A model generated the notes under the pieces. It saw only the letters and a list, made by a program, of their open reading frames with translations, did not search any database and was not told where the DNA came from. 64,000 bases of DNA from Methanobacteriota archaeon (lineage in GTDB: Archaea; Thermoplasmatota; Thermoplasmata; UBA10834), in the NCBI GenBank assembly GCA_020347565.1, contig CP070732.1, positions 243,582 through 307,581 of the forward strand. Reading direction: 5' to 3'. Position 1 is the stretch's first letter. The number at the start of each line of letters is the position of its first letter. Below are positions 20,752 through 30,915 of the stretch, piece after piece. Made by a program: the position numbers and the translations under genes.

Positions 20752-20992
20752 CTTCCCCCTCCTCCGCCTCTGGCTTCCACGATACGGCCTGGTCCGGGCA
20801 GCTCAGGATGCACAGCTCGCATATCAGCTTCTCCGTCCGGCCGTGGTTGAAACAGCTCTCGGGCGAGGCGACGACGGCCGCGAAGTACCCTCGCTCCGAT
20901 ATGTCGGCTCCCTTTGAGAAACACTTCTTGGGACACATATAGACGCAGATATTGCAGCCCTTGCAGTAGGCCAAATCGATATCGGGCCTCAT
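20732..20992 (-). CDS. korD: Ferredoxin-like delta subunit of the oxidoreductase
   Basis: CKGCNICVYMCP and C...CELCILSCPDQAV. Confidence 0.9.
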   Translation of the reverse strand: MRPDIDLAYCKGCNICVYMCPKKCFSKGADISERGYFAAVVASPESCFNHGRTEKLICELCILSCPDQAVSWKPEAEEGEDVDKAG

Positions 20993-21203
20993 CAGTAACC
21001 TGTCGGTTCAATCGGATGGTTCATATTTGAACCTATTTAACGTAAAATAAATCGCATAGCACCTGTCTGGCCCGGCCTGGCCATCTCCGTCGGGGAACGG
21101 GACGAGATGGACCGACACGCCCGCCGTCGCACATCATGGCTCGACCTGGCCACCCACGCGAAACAATTAATAGGACCATTAGGATAGACCGGGACCGTAG
21201 ACG

Positions 21204-22115
21204 ATGAACGCGCTTCAGGAAGAGATACTCGACCTCAAGAGGCAGAAGGGCGCCGTCATTCTCGGACACAACTACCAGTGCAGGGAGGTCCAGGAGGTCT
21301 CCGACTTCCTGGGAGACTCGTACGGCCTCTCGGTCCAGGCAACGAAGGTCGAGGCCGATACGATCGTCTTCGCGGGGGTCGACTTCATGGCCGAGTCGGC
21401 GAAGATTCTCAACCCGCGGAAGACGGTCCTCCTGCCGAACCTGAAGTCCGCCTGTCCCATGGCGGCCATGGTCGACGCGGAAGCTTTGAGGGCGTTCAAG
21501 GAGGAGAATCCGGGCGTTCCCGTCGTTTCGTACGTGAACACCACCGCGTCCGTGAAGTGCGAGACGGACATCTGCTGCACATCGGCAAACGCGGTGAAGA
21601 TCGTCAAGTCGTTGCCCGATGAGAAGATTATCTTCGTGCCCGATTCGAATCTGGGGCTCTATGTTCAACGGTATGTGAAGGACAAGGAGATACTGCTCTG
21701 GCCTGGATACTGTCCCACGCACGTGAACATAACTGCCGCGTCTCTCAGGTCGCTCAAGGACGAGCACCCCGGAGCCGAGGTGCTCGTGCATCCAGAGTGC
21801 ACCCCCGAAGTCATAGACCTCGCCGACTTCGCATACTCCACAGAGGGCATAATCAGGCACGTGGTGTCGTCGTCCAAGAAGGAGTTCATAATCGGTACCG
21901 AAGCCAACATGAACCACAGACTCAGGAAGGAGGCGCCGGGCAAGACCTTCCACGCCGTGGAGGAGGCCATATGCCCGAGCATGAGGGAGATCACGCTGGA
22001 GGACGTACGTGACTCGCTCCTCAAGTCGCAGCACAGGATAGACCTTTCGGACGAGATAGTGTCGAAGGCAAGGGCGCCGCTCGAGAGGATGCTGGAGGCG
22101 GGCCGGCAGGACTGA
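21204..22115 (+). CDS. nadA: Quinolinate synthase
   Basis: HNYQ, GDS, FMAE, ACPMA, YVN, CTS, HPEC, ICPSM. Confidence 0.96.
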   Translation: MNALQEEILDLKRQKGAVILGHNYQCREVQEVSDFLGDSYGLSVQATKVEADTIVFAGVDFMAESAKILNPRKTVLLPNLKSACPMAAMVDAEALRAFKEENPGVPVVSYVNTTASVKCETDICCTSANAVKIVKSLPDEKIIFVPDSNLGLYVQRYVKDKEILLWPGYCPTHVNITAASLRSLKDEHPGAEVLVHPECTPEVIDLADFAYSTEGIIRHVVSSSKKEFIIGTEANMNHRLRKEAPGKTFHAVEEAICPSMREITLEDVRDSLLKSQHRIDLSDEIVSKARAPLERMLEAGRQD

Positions 22116-22127
22116 GCCTGCCGACGG

Positions 22128-22763
22128 TTAGAGCATCTCGCTCGTCGGTCCGAGGATGAAGTACACGCCGAAGACGACCATGAGCGCTCCGCACGCTCCG
22201 AAGACAATCTCGTGCACCGTCGGCGTCCACAGGTGCTTCGTCCTGAAGACGGCGAAGGTCGTGAACGTGTACCATGCGAGGTCGCAGCTCCAGTGAACGA
22301 TCGCGAACACCAGCACGATGACCACGCCGAACTCCTGCGCGGTGGTGATCAGGACGGCGCCGACCGTTGCCCACCAGAGGAAGAAGTAAGGGTTCGCGGA
22401 CGTGGTGATCGCGCCCGCTGCCACGGGCTTGTACGGGAACATCTCGTGGCCGCCATCTGGCGTCATCTTCCGGGACCGGAACATCGACGCTCCGAGGAAT
22501 ATGAGCAGGACACCGCCGATGACGCCTATCACGGTCATCACGCGGTCGTCCGTGAAGACGTATCCCACGCTGAGGATTATCAGCGCCATCAGCGGGAACT
22601 CGACTATGCCGTGTCCCAGCGCGACCTTGATGCCCGCCTTCTCGTCCTCGTATCCCTTTGCGACGGCAGCCGCGAAGACCGGACCGGGCATCATCACTCC
22701 CGAGAACGATATGAGTATGGCTATGCCGAAGAATATCCATATGTTGTTCGTGATGGGCTCCAC
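22128..22763 (-). CDS. LysE-family exporter
   Basis: SGVMMPGP, LGHGIVE, NPYFFLWW. GTG start chosen after a GGTGA SD. Confidence 0.85.
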   Translation of the reverse strand: MEPITNNIWIFFGIAILISFSGVMMPGPVFAAAVAKGYEDEKAGIKVALGHGIVEFPLMALIILSVGYVFTDDRVMTVIGVIGGVLLIFLGASMFRSRKMTPDGGHEMFPYKPVAAGAITTSANPYFFLWWATVGAVLITTAQEFGVVIVLVFAIVHWSCDLAWYTFTTFAVFRTKHLWTPTVHEIVFGACGALMVVFGVYFILGPTSEML

Positions 22764-22859
22764 GCTGGTACTCACCACAGACGTTGTATATAACCGGTTT
22801 CCCCCGCGCCGGCGATGAGGGCGAATGGCCAATATATCCGGACCGCTATTCGTGGCCCT

Positions 22860-22919
22860 GTGATGAGAAGAGGGTCAGCTGAGGGCTGTACGCCCCGTGA
22901 TGAACCCTATGAGTGCTGA
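22860..22919 (+). ncRNA. Box C/D guide sRNA, probably for Cm34 of a CAU-anticodon pre-tRNA (sR-tMet-like)
   Basis: C GTGATGA 22860-66, 12-nt guide, D' CTGA 22879-82, GGGC/GCCC hairpin, C' GTGATGA 22897-903, 12-nt guide ACCCTATGAGTG, D CTGA 22916-19. TATA-like AATATAT about 25 nt upstream. Confidence 0.88.
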
Positions 22920-23054
22920 TCGCACGCCGGCGCGGGCAAGGAGGCGCATGGCAATGCCCTTTGAAGCATGGGACCGCCCTTGCACAGCGCCGCCCCAGTC
23001 CACAGGCGCGAGGCGGGCGTCCGTTCCTCTGGCCTCCGTGGGGCAACCGTCTTC

Positions 23055-24170
23055 TCAGACCACTGTGAGATCCTTCCCGAAACGCGTGAGATGCTCGCTC
23101 CCTTCGAGGGTCACTAGGATATCGTCTTCGATCCTTATACCGAACTCTCCGGGGAAGTTGAGCGTGGGCTCGATGGTCATCACAATCCCCGGCTTAAGCG
23201 TCATCTCCGTGTCTTTGTACTCTGTCAGATGGGGCATCTCATGCGCCTCGAGGCCGAGACCGTGTCCGATTCCGAAGGGGAAGTGTTCGCCGTATCCGCT
23301 CTCATCAATGACCTTCCGGGCGGCATCATTGACCGCACCCGCCCTCACACCGTCCCGGACCGCTTCTATCGCCTTCAACTGCGCATCATGCACTACTTCG
23401 TGAACCCTCTTCTGCTTCTCGCTGGGCTCTCCGACGACCGTCGGTCGCGTGAGATCTGCGTGATAGCCGTTGTACGTCGCGGACAGGTCCATCAGGAACA
23501 TGTCCCCCTTCTTGACACGGTCCTCCGAAGGGGGATCCCACGTAGCCGTCTTGGCTCCGGTCTGCACGACGCAATATGATATGCTCTCAGCTCCTCTCGC
23601 CCTCATCGCCCTTTCGACTTCGATGGATATCTCTCTCTCAGTGGCGGACTCACGTATGAACTCCCTGCCCACCTTCACTCCATCCTCCACGATCCTCGCG
23701 GCCTTCCGCACGCACTCTATCTCCTCTTCCGACTTGACAAGCCTGGCGAGGCTCAACATATCGGAGGCGCTCCTGACCGTGACATCGGGAACTGCGGAGG
23801 TGAGCTGCTCGTAGGTCTTGAACGGCATGTGGTCCTCTGTGCCGATCGTGCCCTTCATGTTGGACAGCAGTTCCCCGAGAACGGTCTTTCTGTCCTCTGG
23901 ACTCGAATACGGTCGGATGTCCTCGAGCTTCGAGAGTTCTCTCGCATCCTCCTCGCCGATCCGCGGAACCACGAGCACGGGGTCGCCGTCAAGCGGGATC
24001 ACTGCGAAGGTTATGATATCCCAGGTGATCATGACGTCCCAAGCGTCGCCCGGGTAATCGTAGCGCAAACCTGTCAAGTACCGTTGGTTTGGTCCGGGCG
24101 ATACGAACAGAGCTTCGAACCCTTCCTGCTCCATCAGCGACTTGACTCTCCTGAGCCTGTCTATTGACAC
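23055..24170 (-). CDS. M24-family Xaa-Pro peptidase-like metallohydrolase
   Basis: Creatinase-type N-domain; metal ligands in MDL, YHADLTR, IGHGLGLEAHE, IEP, RIED. Start moved to the GTG after a GAGGTG SD. Confidence 0.9.
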   Translation of the reverse strand: MSIDRLRRVKSLMEQEGFEALFVSPGPNQRYLTGLRYDYPGDAWDVMITWDIITFAVIPLDGDPVLVVPRIGEEDARELSKLEDIRPYSSPEDRKTVLGELLSNMKGTIGTEDHMPFKTYEQLTSAVPDVTVRSASDMLSLARLVKSEEEIECVRKAARIVEDGVKVGREFIRESATEREISIEVERAMRARGAESISYCVVQTGAKTATWDPPSEDRVKKGDMFLMDLSATYNGYHADLTRPTVVGEPSEKQKRVHEVVHDAQLKAIEAVRDGVRAGAVNDAARKVIDESGYGEHFPFGIGHGLGLEAHEMPHLTEYKDTEMTLKPGIVMTIEPTLNFPGEFGIRIEDDILVTLEGSEHLTRFGKDLTVV

Positions 24171-24396
24171 AGCTGGCACCTCGTGGTTCCGAATGGGAAT
24201 TTGGTATATAACTGCTGCGAGGGCGTGCGCCGACAAGGATGGCGCAGGGTCGCCGGATGAACGCGAATCTTGGAGCGAAAGATGCTCCGTTAGCTCTCCA
24301 GCGTTGAATGTTGCTCCCCGTTCCTCCTGTGCCAACCCTCTGAGAGCGTTAGGTACATAGGCTAGCTATCCGTACAGGGCCATAAGGTGCAGCGCC

Positions 24397-25863
24397 TTGC
24401 AGGTAGAGGAGCCGGTCGGCAGGCACATCGAAATTCTCTCGAGAAGCGACTTGGATGATATCCACGGCGCCACGATGGAAGTCCTCCGACGATTAGGCGT
24501 CAAGGTGTTGGAGCCGAATGCACTGGAGCTGTTCGATGAGGCCGGAGCGGATGTCGACAGGAAGACGAAGGTCGTCAGAATCCCTGAAGGCCTGGTCAAG
24601 GAGACCGTTCGGAAGGCGCCTTCCGAGTTCAAGATGTATGGGAGGGATCCGAAGTACCAATTGGACTACAGCGGGAACAAAGTGCACTTCGGGGTCGCAG
24701 GCTGCGCGATACGAGTCAAGGATCTGGACGGAAGGATCAGGCCAGGAACCGTGGCAGACGTTGAGAGCATAGCGAGGGTTGCGGACTACCTCGAGAACAT
24801 ACATCACATACTGTTGACCGTCACTCCGTTCGACGTACCCGATGAGGTCTACCATTTGCACTGCATCAATGCGGACTGGAAGAACTCTGTGAAGACGACC
24901 GATGGATTCACTTGGACGGCCAGGAAGGCCCAGGAGACGGTCGATATGGCAGCTATCCTCAGAGGCAGCTACGATGAGGTCGTGAGGAGACCCCCGCTCC
25001 TGGGGTTCATGAATCCTGTGAGCCCCATGCAGCTCTCCAGTGAGCTGACGGAGGGTGCACTCGTGTATGCTAAATACAGGCAGCCGATGGTTGTCGCCCC
25101 GGAAGCGCTCGCAGGGGCAACAGCCCCCTCTACCCTGGCCGGCCTCCTCACTCAGCAGAACGCGGAGGTGCTCGCGGGCATCATGGTGACCCAACTGGCT
25201 AGCTCCGGAACGCCCGTGCTCTACGGTACTGCCTCCACCGTCATGGACATGAGGACGGGGACGGCAGCGATGGGAGGGCCCGAGGTCGGATTGGTCAATA
25301 TAGCTACCGGCCAGCTCGGAAGATACTACAGCCTGCCCAGAAGAGGTACTGGAGGCGTCACTGATTCGAAGCTGGTGGACGCGCAGGCCGGCGCCGAGAC
25401 AGCTCTGTCGATGTTGATGGCGGCGCTCTCCGGCATGAACTTCATCTATGAGGCATGCGGAGGACTCGATGGTACGCTCACATTCTCTTATGAGAAGCTG
25501 GTCGTAGACGATGAGATTGCCGGCATGGTTTCCAGGACGCTCAGAGGGATAGAGGTGAACGAGGAGACTCTGGCGGTTGACGAGATATGCAAGTACGGGT
25601 CTTCGAGCTACCTCGGGTCGCCTCATACCGGAAGGACATTCAGGACGGAGCATTACATGCCAACACTGTTCGACCGCAGACACTGGGAGGCCTGGCTGAA
25701 GGCCGGCGGTAGGGACATCTCCCTGGAGGCCAGGCGAAAAGCCAAATGGATCCTGAAGGAGCATCATGCGGAGCCCGTCGACGGAGCCATCCAAGCTGAG
25801 ATCGATGAATTCATCAGGAAGACGACGAGAGGCTGGGCGGACAGCGCTTCTACCGCTTCCTGA
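24397..25863 (+). CDS. Trimethylamine methyltransferase (MttB) family protein, non-pyrrolysine, paralog 1
   Basis: IHGATMEVL, NPVSPM, GATAPSTLAG...NAEVLAG, DSKLVDAQAG, SYEKLVVDDE. No in-frame TAG; TTG start. Confidence 0.92.
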   Translation: MQVEEPVGRHIEILSRSDLDDIHGATMEVLRRLGVKVLEPNALELFDEAGADVDRKTKVVRIPEGLVKETVRKAPSEFKMYGRDPKYQLDYSGNKVHFGVAGCAIRVKDLDGRIRPGTVADVESIARVADYLENIHHILLTVTPFDVPDEVYHLHCINADWKNSVKTTDGFTWTARKAQETVDMAAILRGSYDEVVRRPPLLGFMNPVSPMQLSSELTEGALVYAKYRQPMVVAPEALAGATAPSTLAGLLTQQNAEVLAGIMVTQLASSGTPVLYGTASTVMDMRTGTAAMGGPEVGLVNIATGQLGRYYSLPRRGTGGVTDSKLVDAQAGAETALSMLMAALSGMNFIYEACGGLDGTLTFSYEKLVVDDEIAGMVSRTLRGIEVNEETLAVDEICKYGSSSYLGSPHTGRTFRTEHYMPTLFDRRHWEAWLKAGGRDISLEARRKAKWILKEHHAEPVDGAIQAEIDEFIRKTTRGWADSASTAS

Positions 25864-26803
25864 GCTTGGGATTGAAGATCTCGTCGAGCGCGTAACCAAT
25901 GAAAGTGAAACCCATTACCAGGAATACGATGCAGAGCCCCGGCATGAGCACCCATAGATAGAAGCCGTTGTACATTGCGTTATTATTCAGCGCATCCTCA
26001 AGCATGTTGCCCCACGTGACGTCTACCCTCGCGGAGGCTCCCAACCCGAGGAAGCTGAGGGCGCTTTCGGAAAGGATCGCCAGCGCTACCACGAGGATTG
26101 CATTCGCGAATATCAGCGGAAACACATTGGGGAATATGTGCTTTCTAATGATGTGGAATTCTCCTGCCCCGATGGATTTCGCCCTCTCGATGAAAGCCCT
26201 CTCCTTGACAGATAGAACCTGAGTTCGCACAATCCTCGCAGTGCCAGCCCAACCAGTTATGCCTACCACGATTATGATCTTGGTTACGCTGGGCCCTCCA
26301 GGAAGGACCGCCTCAAACACTATCATCAACACCAACCAAGGCAGCACCAGGAAGACATCGGTGACCCTCATCAAGGCCTCGTCCATCCATCCGCCCCAGA
26401 ATCCGCTCAGAAGGCCGACTATCGAGCCCACTACCATGGCGACTGCGGAGGCTAGGAGGCCTATCACGAGGGAGATTCTAGCTCCATATATCAACCTGGC
26501 AAGAATGTCATTTCCTCGTTGGTCCGTTCCCAACCAGTTATCCCATGATGGAGCGGTGCCGGATCCGCGAGAGGCCACATCATCATGCGGGCCATAGGGA
26601 TAGTCCCAGCCTCCGATCTCCGAGAAGACCCACATTATCTGCGCTGGAAACGCCGCCATCGCAACGAATACGAGGAGTATCGCGAGCCCGAGCATGCCCA
26701 TCCGGTTCCTTCTGAACACTCGTCCTGTCTCAGCAATCCTCTTGCGGAAGAGCCTCATCCTCTCTGCGAATGGTTCGGACACCGTGAGATCCGTCTCAAT
26801 CAC
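25850..26803 (-). CDS. Peptide ABC transporter permease (DppC/OppC-like)
   Basis: LGTDQRGND, GARISL, FIERAKSIGA, ESALSFLGLG. Confidence 0.93.
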   Translation of the reverse strand: MIETDLTVSEPFAERMRLFRKRIAETGRVFRRNRMGMLGLAILLVFVAMAAFPAQIMWVFSEIGGWDYPYGPHDDVASRGSGTAPSWDNWLGTDQRGNDILARLIYGARISLVIGLLASAVAMVVGSIVGLLSGFWGGWMDEALMRVTDVFLVLPWLVLMIVFEAVLPGGPSVTKIIIVVGITGWAGTARIVRTQVLSVKERAFIERAKSIGAGEFHIIRKHIFPNVFPLIFANAILVVALAILSESALSFLGLGASARVDVTWGNMLEDALNNNAMYNGFYLWVLMPGLCIVFLVMGFTFIGYALDEIFNPKLRKR

Positions 26804-26814
26804 CTTTCATCAAT

Positions 26815-27795
26815 TCAACTCAACTCCACACGAGGGTCCAAATACAACATCACAACGTCCGAGACGAAGTTGGCGATCAGCACAGCGACCGCTATCAAGA
26901 AGAACGCAGCCTGGAGCACTGGCCAATCCTCTTCAAAGACTGCATCTATCGTCGCCCATCCCACCCCAGGATATTCGAAAACGTATTCCACCATGAACGC
27001 CCCGCCAACGATGTACGCAATGGTCAGTGCAATCAGTATGAGCATCGGCAGCATAGCGTTCGGCACAGCATGATCCTTCAATACCGACCCTTCAGGCAGG
27101 CCTTTTGCTCTCGCAGTGGTTATGTAGTCCTCCGTCATCACATCGGACAGAGCGCCGCGCATCATGAGAGAGAATGTCGCAATGTACACGAGCACTAGAC
27201 AGGTCACGGGCATGACCAAGTGGGACAAGAGGTCCTTAACTGATGCAAGGGTGAACTCGAATTCTTCCCCGATCTCCAGCGCTCTGGAAGGTGGGAAGAT
27301 CTCCCACGTTACGGCAAACAGCATCACCATTATCATGGCAAGCCAGAAAGTGGGCATTGCATAGAAGAAGAGCGAGAATGCAAGAGACCCAGAGTCGAAC
27401 AAACTGCCTCGCTTCCATGCTGCGATAATCCCAATGAGCATGCCAATCACGATCATGAAGAATGAGGCAACGCCGACAAGGAGCAGAGTCCACGGTATGT
27501 ACTCAAAGATGAAATCCATCGCCGGCATCTTATATTGAAAGGACTCGCCGAAATCGAGAGTGAAGACACCCTTGATGTATGTGATGAACTGCTCGGTCAG
27601 AGGGTCGTCCAGGCCGTACCTTTCGATCAGCTTATCCTTGTACTCATCGGGGATCGCGGGGTCAGACGGAACCATGAACCGCATCGGATCCCCAGGCATC
27701 ATTCGAAAGAGTATGAAGTTGATGCATATCACTAGGAGAAACGTGACGAACAGGCTTATGAATCTCCTCAGTAGTATTCGCCTGAAGTTCCTCAT
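26815..27795 (-). CDS. Peptide ABC transporter permease (DppB/OppB-like)
   Basis: MPGDP, YGLDDPL, DFGESF, YITTARAKGL, EYVFEYPGVG. Confidence 0.93.
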   Translation of the reverse strand: MRNFRRILLRRFISLFVTFLLVICINFILFRMMPGDPMRFMVPSDPAIPDEYKDKLIERYGLDDPLTEQFITYIKGVFTLDFGESFQYKMPAMDFIFEYIPWTLLLVGVASFFMIVIGMLIGIIAAWKRGSLFDSGSLAFSLFFYAMPTFWLAMIMVMLFAVTWEIFPPSRALEIGEEFEFTLASVKDLLSHLVMPVTCLVLVYIATFSLMMRGALSDVMTEDYITTARAKGLPEGSVLKDHAVPNAMLPMLILIALTIAYIVGGAFMVEYVFEYPGVGWATIDAVFEEDWPVLQAAFFLIAVAVLIANFVSDVVMLYLDPRVELS

Positions 27796-27885
27796 GCGTT
27801 GGCTCCACTCATCAAAGGCGTGTCTTAGTCTGCGACGGTGTCATCTCGCGGAAATGGTCGAAAGGAAGAGGTTTAAGGTGTTTGC

Positions 27886-30675
27886 TTACGTCTCAGGAGG
27901 AGGTTCCTCAGGAGGAGCTTCCTCAGGAGGTGCGCCCTCTATGGTCTCCGGCTCCGGGCCTTTTCTCCGCTTCAAGAGCAAAGCCGCAGCCGCTACAGCA
28001 GCAATGAGTGCCAGTATCCCGACAACGATCGCTATGGTGCCCAATCCTCCTCCGCCGTCCTCATCCTCTTCAACGGCGGTCAGGTGGATGGTCAAACTCG
28101 CGGTCTCATTTGAGACCACTGTGACGGTCTCTGTGTCGTTCGTTTCGTACCCCGTCTTGCTGACAACGACTTCGTAGGTGCCCTCATCAACAAGAGTGAT
28201 CTCGAATGAACCACTGTCGTCGGTCTTCTTCGCATACGCTGCCTCCTCGTCGCCGGGACGGTACAGTTCTACCAGAGCGCCCGCGATTGCGACGCTCGTG
28301 TCCACAGAGTCCAGAACATCTCCTGCAACAGAACCAGAGGTTACACTCAGTGTGAAATTCTGCCATGTAGTATTGCCCATTACGACAGTCACGCTGGCAC
28401 TCTCGTTCGAGTATCCTTCTGCGGTCGCATAGATCTCATAGGTTCCAGACTCGACGGTATGGTTGTAGAATCCTTCCTCATCGGAGGATTGCTGACTGGA
28501 GGCTTCTGAGACAATCACCAAAGCTCCCGCAATCGGCTCACCTTCGGTATCATTCACATATCCGATGATCCACCCAGCATCTACAGGCACATCGATGACG
28601 GTGACCGTTATCGAGTCCAGATTACCACTCAACCCTTCTGGATCCTTAACTTCCAGGGTGACGGTAGATTCACCAGTTTCGTTGAAGAAGTGCTTGATGT
28701 TCTGGCCGTACAAGGTCGTCGTATCAAGAAGCTCCATGATTGTCCAAGTCCAGTTCAGCTCTTCGTCAGGGGATTCCAGGTCGTCTGCAGAGCCGGAGAA
28801 TGTCGCCTCCGTCCCGACAAACACTGTCCTGTCGTCTCCATCCATGTCCACATTGTACGGTGCTGTGTTTCCTGTGCTACCGATCGGCGTGATTGCGAAA
28901 TAGTACCAAAACGAACTGGGGCTTATCCCGGTTAAGACTTCCATATCGGGGAAGTTCTCGTACTCGTCAGTCCGGTAGCCAATCAAGCCGGACGGATACA
29001 CAAGACAGATGTACGGGCAGTCCCGATACACGATTTGCTGCATCTCGTGGACTATCGCCTGTCGCTCGTACAGGTCCATCGCTTCCTGCTGGTCCCACCA
29101 CAGCTGGTCGTAATAAGGATTCGTGTAGAAGCAATCGGACCACGCGGTGGTGTCGCTATTGTCCACGGGTATCTCATCCGTGGTCAACACGGACAGGAAC
29201 CATGTCGGGTCGACGTCGGGCCACCAGCTCCAGATGAACATGTCGTACTCCATATTGGACATTAGGTCGTATAGCTTCCCCTCAGACTCGTCGTATAGGT
29301 TGACTTTGACGCCAATATCTGCCCACCATATCTGCATCATCTCGGCAGTCTGTTCGTCATGGATGTTCGCGCGGATGTAGTAGAACTCGAATTCGAGGAG
29401 CGCGCCACTCGACTCGTTCTCCCGGACGGTCGGGCTGCTGATGTACCTGTATCCTGCATCCTCCAACATCTGGTTGGCTGCTGCGACGCAGTCCTCGTGT
29501 GAACCGTAGTCCCACCTCTCCTCCTCAGGCACATTGTAATGCCAGAAAGGCGTCGCAGGCGGTATGAGCCCATAGGCTGGTTGAGCCATGCCTTGGTGGA
29601 TTTCATTTGCGATGTACTCTATGTCCGTGGCCATCGTACACGCCTGCCTGACCGTCAGGTTCGTGGTCTCGTAATTCGTTGAAGCGGTGGGGAAGTTGCG
29701 TTCTCCACCAGTTTCCGACAACCTCCATTCTTTGGGCGCACAATTGAATCCGAATTCCTCAAGGATGAGTGTGGCGGGTGTCTGCCCATCAATGTCTGGG
29801 TTCGCGATGACGGTCTCCCATACGGACGGTGGTACGCCGTCGACCACATCGATATCTCCTGTCTCGAGAGCGGTAATCAGCGCATTGTCGCTCTTGTATA
29901 TGACGAAGATCAGTTTGTCGATATTCACCGAGTCGACTTCGATTCCTGGAAGGCGGTGGTACGGTTTCTGAGCGAGAAGATGGATTTCTCCCTCCGCCAT
30001 TCTGTATTCTTCCAGAATGAACGGACCAGAGCCGACGGGGCCATCTGGGAAGTAATCCGTTTCAAACATATCCACCGTATCGATTACGCCATCATCCCTC
30101 ACCTTACTCCAGAGGTGCTCCGGGAGGATCGGGACTATCAAGGATAGCATATTGGCCTTCGGTCTCAACAGGTCTATCTGAACAGTGTAGTTGTCAAGTG
30201 CGGTGACTTCGTCGAAGCCTTCTAGATAGCCAGCCAGAAGTGCGCATTCCTGTGGATAATCCATTATCATCTTGAACGTGAACTCAACGTCATGAGCCGT
30301 TACGGGAAGTCCGTCGTGCCAGTACGAGTCCTCAACGAGATGGTAGGTCCAAGTCAAGTTGCCGTTGCTGACTTCATGCGACGCTGCAAGTTGCGGATAC
30401 GGTTCCATCATCGGGCCAACGGCATAGAGGAACTCATACGTCATGTGCGCGACAGACCATGATGTGCCAGCCATCATATCGAACGGGTTGAAGGTGTCTG
30501 GGTCTTCCTTCACCCCTATTCTGTACTCATAATACGTTTGAACGGCTCCGACCGACGGAGCTGTCACAGCGAGCGTTGCCAGCGCCGTGAGCAGCAAGCA
30601 CACAACAATCGCCAAGGACACGAAGTAGTGCAGTCTGCATTTGTCAAACAAGCTCGAGTAATCCATCTCATTCAT
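27886..30675 (-). CDS. Family-5 peptide-binding protein with PKD and carboxypeptidase-regulatory-like domains and C-terminal membrane anchor
   Basis: Signal peptide, PQLA, WHDGLPVTAHDVEFT, GSGPF; then VTLEVKDPEG (PKD), two G-x-V-x-D...IAGALV repeats, TM helix plus KRRK, PPEE tail. Confidence 0.88.
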   Translation of the reverse strand: MNEMDYSSLFDKCRLHYFVSLAIVVCLLLTALATLAVTAPSVGAVQTYYEYRIGVKEDPDTFNPFDMMAGTSWSVAHMTYEFLYAVGPMMEPYPQLAASHEVSNGNLTWTYHLVEDSYWHDGLPVTAHDVEFTFKMIMDYPQECALLAGYLEGFDEVTALDNYTVQIDLLRPKANMLSLIVPILPEHLWSKVRDDGVIDTVDMFETDYFPDGPVGSGPFILEEYRMAEGEIHLLAQKPYHRLPGIEVDSVNIDKLIFVIYKSDNALITALETGDIDVVDGVPPSVWETVIANPDIDGQTPATLILEEFGFNCAPKEWRLSETGGERNFPTASTNYETTNLTVRQACTMATDIEYIANEIHQGMAQPAYGLIPPATPFWHYNVPEEERWDYGSHEDCVAAANQMLEDAGYRYISSPTVRENESSGALLEFEFYYIRANIHDEQTAEMMQIWWADIGVKVNLYDESEGKLYDLMSNMEYDMFIWSWWPDVDPTWFLSVLTTDEIPVDNSDTTAWSDCFYTNPYYDQLWWDQQEAMDLYERQAIVHEMQQIVYRDCPYICLVYPSGLIGYRTDEYENFPDMEVLTGISPSSFWYYFAITPIGSTGNTAPYNVDMDGDDRTVFVGTEATFSGSADDLESPDEELNWTWTIMELLDTTTLYGQNIKHFFNETGESTVTLEVKDPEGLSGNLDSITVTVIDVPVDAGWIIGYVNDTEGEPIAGALVIVSEASSQQSSDEEGFYNHTVESGTYEIYATAEGYSNESASVTVVMGNTTWQNFTLSVTSGSVAGDVLDSVDTSVAIAGALVELYRPGDEEAAYAKKTDDSGSFEITLVDEGTYEVVVSKTGYETNDTETVTVVSNETASLTIHLTAVEEDEDGGGGLGTIAIVVGILALIAAVAAAALLLKRRKGPEPETIEGAPPEEAPPEEPPPET

Positions 30676-30915
30676 GATCCCTCAACCCCCGATGCTACGA
30701 TTTGATAGCCCAAGAGAAGAAACAATGAATCGAAGCTATATTAATCGACTTATCGATGTGTGGCCTGCACATTGGATCCCCCCGATGCTGCTTTCACCTC
30801 GTAGCATTGCACAATGGATATCTGGCCAACCCATTATAAAGCTTCTTCTATCGCGAAGGGCAACAGCGATATATAAGATGTCTGACATGCAGGCTATTGA
30901 CGGGAGGCATCGAAC

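Noticed and set aside
23055-24170. Creatinase call for the M24 protein
   Set aside because: It retains the D, D, H, E, E metal ligands of prolidase-type enzymes, which creatinases lack.
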